The notes under the pieces are model-generated. The model had not been told where the DNA came from. It did not search any database and worked only from the letters and a program-made list of their open reading frames with translations. Below, piece by piece: positions 1 through 8,039 of a DNA stretch of 64,000 nt (position 1 is the first letter of the stretch; each line of letters opens with the position of its first letter). The stretch is from contig CAVPIW010000006.1 of the NCBI GenBank assembly GCA_963705105.1, positions 800,001-864,000 on the forward strand, written 5' to 3'. The translations under genes and the position numbers were made by a program. This DNA is from an uncultured Nitrospiraceae bacterium. GTDB lineage: Bacteria; Nitrospirota; Thermodesulfovibrionia; Thermodesulfovibrionales; Dissulfurispiraceae.

Positions 1-17
1 GGCTGGCCGATTTACCA

Positions 18-58
18 GGAAGTTCTTCTTGTCCTAAAATGGCAGTTGTCCCCGATTT
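18..58. repeat. 41-bp repeat downstream of effector gene C (second copy at 1400-1440)
   Basis: ggaagttcttcttgtcctaaaatggcagttgtccccgattt vs ggaagttcttcttgtcttaaaatggtagctgtccccgattt; 3 mismatches. Confidence 0.85.
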
Positions 59-96
59 CAGCATTTCCAATGCAAAAACCTACTCGCGTACCTATA

Positions 97-1200
97 CTAC
101 AGCGGATGCCCCACCATCCTTTCGGCGGCTGCTTTGGCCTCAGTGTATAACTTGCTCAGTCTCGTCTTTATGGCGGGACTACAACCGGCCCACTTATCTG
201 AAAGTCGTCGCCATAAGACTTTTTCTATATAATCCGGGCCGGAGTACACTTTTTCCTCTCCGGGTTTGATTTGCACTTTTATGTTTCCCTGAAGATGCGA
301 CCCTTCACGTTCTGCTTGAATGATTTCCCTGCAATATGCTTCTGCATCTTGGCCATAGCCCGAACTGTCAAGCCCCGGCACAAGTATTCCCGGTTTGTGT
401 AACATTTGCAGCACATGCTGATATTCGTGCCATACCGTCGTGGAAAGCAGCGGCAAACCATCTCCGAATGCGCCGTTGTATATTTCCACATAAGGTTTCC
501 TGTTCGGCGGAATGCCGGGACGCCGTTGCTTCAATTCCTTGTTGCCCGGTGGATATGTCTTACCCTCGCCCTCCGGCATGACGCTCACATAGTGCATTAC
601 ACCGCCTTCCAATAAGCCAGTATCGATCCCTAATGCACGGACAGCATTGTTGATAGCCTCCTGACATTTAGGTACCGTTTTCAGTCTTTCTAATAGTGTC
701 GCACCCATAAAGTTCATGATGTCATCTCTCTGGTCGGAGGGCAACGCGGCAAGCTCGCCGCCATAAGCGTCCTCGTAATCGCGCCAGGGCTTTCCCTTTG
801 AGTTCACGGCGTGAATAGCGGTCACAAGCCTCGGGCCGCCAACGAAAGAGGCAGCCTCCGTATCGCTGCGTACGTCATTCGGCAGGGTCTGTAAGAGCGG
901 CAAAAGGTTGAACATTGCGTGTCCCTGAATGGCGGCAAGAGGTGCCTCGTTTTCTTCCTTGCGCTGGATGGTTGGCCAAAGGGCGCCGCGCGATTGTTGT
1001 GCGACATGGGTCAACGCAGGCGGGTCATCCGGGCTGCCGACCTTCAGCTCAGGCTGCACCTTCGTGAGCAGGCCTGCGAGCATCTCAGCGTCGTTGTCCT
1101 TCTCAGGCCGCTGCCAGGTGAGCCCAGGCATCTGTAATGCCTCCGCCTTTGGCGGCGCCGTCCGGGCCTTCTGTTTCGTCGCTGCTGTTGTCACCATCAT
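97..1200 (-). CDS. eCIS-associated putative effector C: N-terminus paralogous to effector A, DUF4157 core deleted, C-terminal HExxH metallopeptidase-like domain
   Basis: N-terminus PGLTWQRPEKDNDAE..VQP.LKVGSPDDP near-identical to 4826-5083; joins directly to LTHVAQQ (end of DUF4157); C-terminal WHEYQH..EAYCRE. Confidence 0.75.
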   Translation of the reverse strand: MMVTTAATKQKARTAPPKAEALQMPGLTWQRPEKDNDAEMLAGLLTKVQPELKVGSPDDPPALTHVAQQSRGALWPTIQRKEENEAPLAAIQGHAMFNLLPLLQTLPNDVRSDTEAASFVGGPRLVTAIHAVNSKGKPWRDYEDAYGGELAALPSDQRDDIMNFMGATLLERLKTVPKCQEAINNAVRALGIDTGLLEGGVMHYVSVMPEGEGKTYPPGNKELKQRRPGIPPNRKPYVEIYNGAFGDGLPLLSTTVWHEYQHVLQMLHKPGILVPGLDSSGYGQDAEAYCREIIQAEREGSHLQGNIKVQIKPGEEKVYSGPDYIEKVLWRRLSDKWAGCSPAIKTRLSKLYTEAKAAAERMVGHPL

Positions 1201-1219
1201 GTGCCGATCTCGTCATCCG

Positions 1220-1306
1220 TCAGGATATCGATCCCTCCTTCTGAAGCTCTTTCATAATGCCGTCGATGATGTCGTCTCTCGAAACCGGGGGTTCCTCTTG
1301 CCTGAG
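1220..1306 (-). pseudogene. Orphan 3' fragment of an Afp15-like AAA ATPase
   Basis: Translates LRQEEPPVSRDDIIDGIMKELQKEGSIS* vs ATPase end LKRGRQTISGDDIIDGIRKELQKEGRTS*. Confidence 0.85.
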
Positions 1307-1399
1307 AACATAAGAAATCAGCTGTATGATTCGTCGATGTACCTTATGTACCCCACTATGATAACAAAATAGTTACGAGCCTATTAACCCCATTAACCG

Positions 1400-1440
1400 G
1401 GAAGTTCTTCTTGTCTTAAAATGGTAGCTGTCCCCGATTT
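1400..1440. repeat. 41-bp repeat downstream of effector gene B
   Basis: Matches 18-58 at 38/41 positions. Confidence 0.85.
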
Positions 1441-1459
1441 GCATGCTGGAGCCCTTTCC

Positions 1460-3322
1460 TTATGGCGTATGCTGCTGCAACCAGAGATCCCACAGGATGA
1501 GGGCCATGCTGTCGACTTCCCCTACCCTGATGCCTTCCAGGAGGGGGAGATAGCTCGTCATGATGAACATGGTGAACGCCATCTCCTCTTTTGTGACCTT
1601 CCTCAGGTCCATTATGATGTTGATGACCGACATGTCATCATCTTCATAATCGTGACGCTCCACGTCCCTGACGCCCGGCAAAGCCCTGAGAATGGAATAG
1701 GTCAAAAGGAACTCAAGGGCAGTCAATGAAGACCTGGGGCTGAATGCGAACTGAACGACTATCGTCTCGAATCCGGTGTCCTTGTATTTTTCCGCGGCCC
1801 CGAGATAACGGTAAATGTATATCTCCACCTTCCTGCATTCGGGATCGGGTGTCCCGGCAGGAGTGGGGCATTCTTCATAGCCTTTTCCGCTGACGTTCAT
1901 GCGACCGAAATCGATGCCCCGCGTGCGCAGCCACTCACGCATGCTTGCCGCCCTGTTCAGGGAAAGGGTCTTGTTGTACGAGGAATTCCCGATGCGGTCG
2001 GCATGACCGATGACATCCGCCTTCAGGGCCTCGTCGCCTCTCAGGAACCTTACCGCCGCATCGGCGCGGTCCTTCATGTCGCTGTTTTTTGCGAGATGGG
2101 TGAAGGCATTGTACCTGTCCGTCTCATATCCCGAAATCGTGACGCCGCCGAAGCTCTCGCCGTGATGGGGGTCTCTGAACATCCCCCTCTCTTCTGCGCC
2201 GGCGCCTTTGACCTCCCCGGCGATGATGTTTTCGATCGCCACGGTGGGGTCATGACTGGGCCGCCCGATGATGCGGCCGCCCTTCCTCACGACGATTGCG
2301 GGCGGATGCACTCCCCTCTTCATGAGCCAGGCATGGCCGCAGAGTTCATGGGCCAGGATTCTCCAGTTCTCCTGTGAGATCCGCTCACCCGCAGAGGCCC
2401 CGCCGCCCCATGCGCCCATGGAGACGAGGGAGCAGCGGGAATGGACGATCACGTTTTTCTTGAATCTTTCCGTTACAGGCCACTTGTCGTCGTCGATCTC
2501 TATCGTCCATTGCTCCGAGGCGGGGTCGCTCATTTCACAGAGGCACCTGTCGGTCACACGCGTGGGAACCCTGCAGGCATCGGGGTTGACCGCCTTGACA
2601 ATCCCGCTGGACTCGACAGCTAAGTCTCCCGACAGGGTCCTGATGAATTCATCGATTTCCTGCCAGTTCTGCCTGGTACCGTCACAGGGGAGCGGGTCCG
2701 CGGGATCCTTCACCTGCAGTTTTCGCTGGATAAAGGTGGCGGGCTCGCTGCTCTGTTGGAGGACGTGAGCGAGTTCATGGGCGATAAGACGCTTTCCACC
2801 TGCCGTCTCCGGGCTGTACTCCCCTTTCCCGAACAGGATGTTCCCGCCCGTCGTGAGAGCCTGAGCGTTCAATGCCCGGGCCACCCCTTGCGCCGGCGCT
2901 TCAGCATGGACCCTGACCTGTCCGAGGTCAGCACCGAAACGGGACTCGAAAAAGGAACGGGTGCTTTCTGAAAGAGGTTGTCCGCCCTTTTTTACCGTAT
3001 CGGCCTGCGCCTTCTGAATGAGCTCTTCCTCCCCGCACGCGGGGTCTCTGGCGAAGGGTCAACTGGGCTTCCTCTGCACCGCCGGTTCCGGCATGGCCAT
3101 GACCAGATCTGCAATGCGGTCGGCTTCGCCTTCAAGACGGTCTTCCGGCACGTCGGCCCTCGGCTTGGTCTGCGCCTTCCTGAGCAGGCCTGCGAGCATC
3201 TCCGCATCGTTCTTCCCCGCCTGCCTGATCAGGACCGGCGCGGTCACCTGCAAACGGTCCTCTCTTTTTCGGGAAGGAGGATCGGCAGTCCTTGTTGTCC
3301 TTGATCGAGAGTTCATAGTCAA
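1460..3322 (-). CDS. DUF4157 (eCIS core) effector B, 620 aa with in-frame UGA (putative Sec88); second metallopeptidase-like motif and OmpA-like C-terminal domain
   Basis: ORFs 3059-3322 and 1460-2884 share a frame and are separated only by TGA at 3059-3061; read-through gives QRKPS-U-PFARDPACGEEE..GGQPLSESTRSFFESRFGADLGQVRVH..ARALNAQA..AHELAHVLQQ; later AHELCGH and GHADRIG..NKTLSLNRA (OmpA-like). Start TTG 3322 or ATG 3316. Confidence 0.8.
3031..3044 (-). promoter_or_regulatory. Putative bacterial SECIS hairpin of effector B
   Basis: CCCCG-CGUG-CGGGG stem-loop starting 14 nt after the UGA; possible lower stem CUUC/GAAG. Confidence 0.55.
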
Positions 3323-3334
3323 ACCAATTCGCTC

Positions 3335-5083
3335 CTACGGAGACGTCGTCGTCATGCGCGATGCCGGTTCAGGTCTCGCCTGCTGACCGGGCGCCTCGGG
3401 ACAGTAGCGTTGGAAACGGGCGTTCCGGGCGCGATTGTAAAAAGCAATATTTGTGACCCATGAATTGTGCCGTTCATGATGGGGATGCTCTCCTTCCTCC
3501 CTCTCGATCTCGGGAACTCGGTCCACAGGGACCATCACCCTCACGATCGGCCAGGAACCCCCGGGCACTTCATCGTAGTAGAAGTGGAGGAGTCTCTCCT
3601 CGATAGGTGTTCTCGATACATGAGGCTGTTCGGTCGGGGGGCCGAACTCTTCTCCTCCGCCCAACTCCTCTTCGCCCAATCCTTCAGGGGATAGTTCCGC
3701 TGAGCGAGCGGTAATGGGCGGACGCCCGTAGTATCCCCACCGGCTGTTCAGCTGGCTGAGGCCCGAGAGGAAAGTCCGTTGGTCGGCAGCGGGAAGCTGA
3801 TCGAAATCCGCCCTGGTGAGTGCAGTAACGTTAGGGGGATGTTCAAAATCGACGGCGGGACGGCAGCCTTGTCCGAGCCCTTGCGGCAGCTGTCCCGACG
3901 TCCCTGTTCGTGTTAAAAGACTTATTATGACACCTTCGAAGGCAGCCGTGACCTGACAGGCCGTCAGGACGATCAGAGCAGGTCCGTTGGTCTGTCTCCA
4001 CTGCTGAAAAACATCCGTTTCGAAGATCCCCCGCAGGCCCCTCTCATCAAAGGTGACAGGCGTCTCTCCGTGAGAGGATTCCGAAAGATGATCCTCCGAA
4101 CCGTGAACAGCCAGCACCAATGTCCAGTCAGGATCGTAAGGGGGAATGCGCACATTGTTCATCAGGTGTTCTCTCAGGTCTTCAAGCCGGGCAAGTAATG
4201 TGCATTCAGGGTCGGCGATTGCGGGGTCATGAATCGCAAAGCAGGCCATTTCCTGCAGCTGCAGGAGCATGCCCGCTTCAGACGATGCCGATGAGACCGC
4301 AGGGGTCTTTGTCGACCCTTCACCAAGGGTCCGGGTTGTTCCGCCGCTCGTCTGAACGGCCTGCGATGACCCGCTGCGGCCCTTTTGCTGAAGCACATGG
4401 GTCAGTTCATGCGCAATCAGGTCACGGCCATGACTTCCGTTTGGATCGTACTGTCCCCGGCGAAAGAAGATGTCGTGTCCCATTGTGAAGGCACGTGCAT
4501 TCAGCTGCTGATTCAGACGGTCCGATTCCGGGCTTGTGTGTATCCTTACCGATCCGAAATCAGCGGCAAAGCGCGGTTCAAAGAAGGCCCGGAGCGAGGA
4601 GGAAAAGGGTTCTCCCTGTCCTTTCAGGGCACCGAGGGAAGACTCCGCAGAAGACGGCACCGGCGTTGCCGATGAATCCATCTTTGTCCGGACAATCGTC
4701 TCCTCCTTTTCCGGCAGGGGCTTTTCCTCTTCCTCAGCCCGGCGGTGGATAACAGGAGAGTCGTCTGACAGGCGGCGCAAGATTTGAGGTTGTTCTTTTT
4801 CCCCGCACGAGGGAGAACCGGAGCTTCAGGTCGGTTTTGGTCTGGTCTGTGGTTCAGGCATTGTCATGACCATGTCTGCGGCACGGTCCGCCTCGCGTTC
4901 GAGCGGGTCATCGGGACTGCCCACCTTCAGCTTGGGCTGCACCTGCGTGAGAAGGCATGAGAGCGCTTCCGCATCGTTGTCCTTCTCAGGGCGCTGCCAG
5001 GTGAGTCCGGGCCTCTGTGATGCCTCCGCTTTCTGCGTAGCCGTACCGGCCTTCTGTTTCGTCGCTGTCGCTGTTACCGCCAT
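3335..5083 (-). CDS. DUF4157 (eCIS core) effector A, 582 aa with in-frame UGA (putative Sec86); C-terminal domain with HG...LTAC motif
   Basis: ORFs 4826-5083 and 3335-4780 share a frame and are separated only by TGA at 4826-4828; read-through gives PKPT-U-SSGSPSCGEKE; DUF4157 motifs FFEPRF..VRIH..LNARAFT.G..AHELTHVLQQ. Confidence 0.8.
4799..4817 (-). promoter_or_regulatory. Putative (weaker) SECIS hairpin of effector A
   Basis: UUCUCC-CUCGUGC-GGGGAA starting 8 nt after the UGA; shares CGUGCGGGGA with the effector B hairpin. Confidence 0.4.
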
Positions 5084-5100
5084 GTGGATCCGTCATCCCG

Positions 5101-6477
5101 TCAGGATGTCCGTCCCTCCTTCTGCAGTTCCTTCCTGATGCCGTCGATAATATCGTCCCCCGAAATCGTCTGCCTTCCCCTCTTCAGGGTCATGAGCGTG
5201 GCGTACCTGACCACGTTCATGATCGCGCCGCCGGATAGCTCATAGGCGGCGGCTATCTCCGACAGATCGACAGAGGGGTCCGGCCTCAGGCGCGATGAGA
5301 AGCCCCTCTCCCAGAGGCTCTGGCGCTCTCCGCGGCCCGGCATGGGGAAGTAGACGATGGACTGGAAGCGCCTCGTAAAGGCCTCGTCGAGGTTCGACCG
5401 GAGATTCGAGGCGAGGATGACGATCCCCTCGTAGTCGTCCACGCGCTGGAGCAGGTAGGAGACCTCCTGGTTTGCATATCGGTCGTGGGCGTCACGTATG
5501 TCCGTCCTCTTGCCGAAGAGGGCGTCGGCCTCGTCGAAAAAGAGAACCCATCGCTTGTGTTCGGCCTTGCGGAAGACCTTTTCGAGGTTCTTTTCGGTCT
5601 CTCCGATGTACTTGGAAACGACCATGGAGAGGTCGATGCGATAGACGTCCAGGTCGGCCACCTTTCCCAGGAGAGAGGCGGTGAGTGTTTTCCCTGTTCC
5701 CGAGGGACCGAAGAACAGCGCCCTGTAGCCGGGTTTCAGTTTCTTTCTGAGGTCGGGGTCGTTCAGGAGGGCCTCCCCGTACTCCACCCAGGTCTTGATC
5801 TCCAGGACCCGCTCCATCGTGTGGGGGTCAAGGACGAGATCGTCCCAGTCAAGCCGGGTCTCTATCCTCTTTGCGGGAAACTCCGTGGAGAAGGCGGGCC
5901 TCTGAACATTGCCCGTTGTGACGAGCTCGACGATCTCCCGGGGGATGGTGATGAATCCGCTCAGGGCAGGTTCGTGGTCCGCCGCCTTCTCGATCCGCAG
6001 GATGTCGTGTCCGGCAAAAAAGTGATCGGCCCCGAAGAGGCTGGAGTAAAGAAGACGCTTGTCCACATCGTCTCCGGCAAGAATAAAGAGGGCCGTCTCC
6101 CCCGTGGGGAGGAAACCCTGGTACGTCTGGCCCTCCCTGCCCCCGAACTCCGTGAAGGGGCGGCCTGTTGTGGCGTTCTTCACGAAGAAGAGGTCGAGCA
6201 ACTGGGGCTTCACATAGGGTATGAGTCCCAGCAGGAAGACGACGCGTTCTGCGAATGTGAGGCCGTAATGGCGGACGAAGCTGTCATAGGGTGTTTGCCC
6301 GTCAGGTTCGGGAGGGACAATCTCGTAGATGTCACGGCAGGGGCAGTCCTGGCCGAAGTAGAGCTTGATCCTCGTCTCGACGACCCTCACGAACCAGTCG
6401 AGGTCGGCCCTGAGCCCGCGGAGAATCCCTGAGGGCAGGTCCTCTACCACTGTACGATAAGGGGTTTCGTCATCCAT
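5101..6477 (-). CDS. eCIS AAA+ ATPase (Afp15/Pvc15-like)
   Basis: Walker A GPSGTGKT, VVSKYIGETEKNL, LFFDEADALFGKR..DAHDRYAN; last gene of the eCIS structural operon. Confidence 0.93.
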   Translation of the reverse strand: MDDETPYRTVVEDLPSGILRGLRADLDWFVRVVETRIKLYFGQDCPCRDIYEIVPPEPDGQTPYDSFVRHYGLTFAERVVFLLGLIPYVKPQLLDLFFVKNATTGRPFTEFGGREGQTYQGFLPTGETALFILAGDDVDKRLLYSSLFGADHFFAGHDILRIEKAADHEPALSGFITIPREIVELVTTGNVQRPAFSTEFPAKRIETRLDWDDLVLDPHTMERVLEIKTWVEYGEALLNDPDLRKKLKPGYRALFFGPSGTGKTLTASLLGKVADLDVYRIDLSMVVSKYIGETEKNLEKVFRKAEHKRWVLFFDEADALFGKRTDIRDAHDRYANQEVSYLLQRVDDYEGIVILASNLRSNLDEAFTRRFQSIVYFPMPGRGERQSLWERGFSSRLRPDPSVDLSEIAAAYELSGGAIMNVVRYATLMTLKRGRQTISGDDIIDGIRKELQKEGRTS

Positions 6478-8030
6478 GACAGCCGCACCATCGTTATGCC
6501 CCAGGGCAGGTAATCCAGGAGCACATCATAAGACCTGCGCTCCACCTGGAGGACCCACGATGCCGCCTCGTCACAGAGAATCCCCTTCCTCTGAAGGAAG
6601 GACTCCCGGAGACCCTGGGGCGATGTATTCTTGAGGATTGCCCAATGACCGATGACGCTCTGAAGGAGCCTCTCCGACTCCTCCACGGCACCTTCGGGGA
6701 AGGGAAGAAACCTGCAAAGAGGCCTGTTGAGAGGCCAGCCGCAGAGGACCTTGTTGAGAGTGAGGTGCTGCTCCCCGGACCCCTGCTCCCCGTTGACCAG
6801 GTGCTGGAGAAGGCTGACGGTCTGCATGGCCGACAGCTCATCAGAGAAGACACCGTCCCGCAGGAGACGGCATCTGTCAAAGAAGGATCCGAGATAGGGC
6901 CAGAGGATGACGAGACCGGCATTTTCGACAAAATAGCGGGATTCCTCTTCCCGTGCCCTGCAGAGGTCCTCGGTATCGCCGCCCGGAACGACGGAAGACG
7001 CGTCGCTGCCACCCTGTTGAACAACAGCCTGTTCTTCCATGACCCCCGTCGTGTCTTCTCCCGAAGGAACGGAACCTCGCGAATTTTTTCCCGGCTGATC
7101 ATCGGTGGCAAAATCAGCATCAGATCTATTCAGCAACCCCTGCAGCCCCGAACCACTGAGGGAATGACCTCTCAGGGCATGCTGAAACCTCCTCACCAAC
7201 TCGTCTTGTGAACGGCCGGAGACTCGGGCAAGGGTCCGGAGAAGACGTTCAATACAGTCTTCACCCGTCAGCGATACCGGTCCCGGAGGGAGCATCGCCG
7301 TCAGGACGGCCTCCCAGAATGCGATCCTGACGAGATGCACGGGCATGAACAAATCATCTGAAAGGCCGGGGAACAGCGGCAGTTGGGCCATCCATGTCCT
7401 TATTTCCCCCTCCGGCGCTCCGAGGGTCACCGCAATCCTTCCAAGGATCTCGTCAGGCATTTGGCTGATCAGCCTCGTTCGGCGTGCATCACGAGAGATG
7501 GTCTCCTGAAGCACTGATGACGCCTCATCGGGAGACCGGTCGATCAGTTGGAGAAGAATACTTTCGCCAGTCCACGATGATTTATCCTCAGCCCACCAGG
7601 GCAAAGTTCCGGTATCGAGGAAGTGGAGAAGAAGCTCCCGCCGGAGGGCCTGCTCGTCGATGAACCGGGGCACGTCAGGCAAAGGGGTTCCCCTTTCCTG
7701 GACTCCGGGAAAACGGGACTGTTCCTCCTGACTGATCGCGATGGCCGGCCCTGTCCTGCGCTGAAGTTCGGCACGCAGGGATGAGCCGAGGTTATCGCAC
7801 AGAGCGGCTTCAAGATCCGAAAAAGCGATGATGCCGAGATCCAGTTCGATCCTCTCAAACCTCGTCACCGCATCAGGGCCGGAGAAGTCCGAGAAGATGA
7901 TGTCCATCTGCGGCAGCAGAAGGGTCCTGTAGATCTCCCCGATCCTTTGCCGGAGTGATGGCAGGTCATCCTTTCCCGGCAGGACGATCTCGATGGTCTG
8001 TCTCCCGATGGAGTGTCTCTGCACGAACAC
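6444..8030 (-). CDS. Contractile injection system tape measure protein (Afp14-like)
   Basis: HFLDTGTLPWW, ENAGLVILWPYL, LNKVLCG, GLRESFLQRKG, DVLLDYLPW motifs; position in operon. Confidence 0.85.
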   Translation of the reverse strand: MFVQRHSIGRQTIEIVLPGKDDLPSLRQRIGEIYRTLLLPQMDIIFSDFSGPDAVTRFERIELDLGIIAFSDLEAALCDNLGSSLRAELQRRTGPAIAISQEEQSRFPGVQERGTPLPDVPRFIDEQALRRELLLHFLDTGTLPWWAEDKSSWTGESILLQLIDRSPDEASSVLQETISRDARRTRLISQMPDEILGRIAVTLGAPEGEIRTWMAQLPLFPGLSDDLFMPVHLVRIAFWEAVLTAMLPPGPVSLTGEDCIERLLRTLARVSGRSQDELVRRFQHALRGHSLSGSGLQGLLNRSDADFATDDQPGKNSRGSVPSGEDTTGVMEEQAVVQQGGSDASSVVPGGDTEDLCRAREEESRYFVENAGLVILWPYLGSFFDRCRLLRDGVFSDELSAMQTVSLLQHLVNGEQGSGEQHLTLNKVLCGWPLNRPLCRFLPFPEGAVEESERLLQSVIGHWAILKNTSPQGLRESFLQRKGILCDEAASWVLQVERRSYDVLLDYLPWGITMVRLSWMTKPLIVQW

Positions 8031-8039
8031 AAGCCCATC

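Noticed and set aside
1460..5083. Effector genes as ordinary nonsense pseudogenes or as four separate genes
   Set aside because: The same codon type falls at the same aligned position in two diverged paralogues with otherwise intact frames, and part of DUF4157 in gene B has no start codon of its own. Not formally excluded without homologue alignment.
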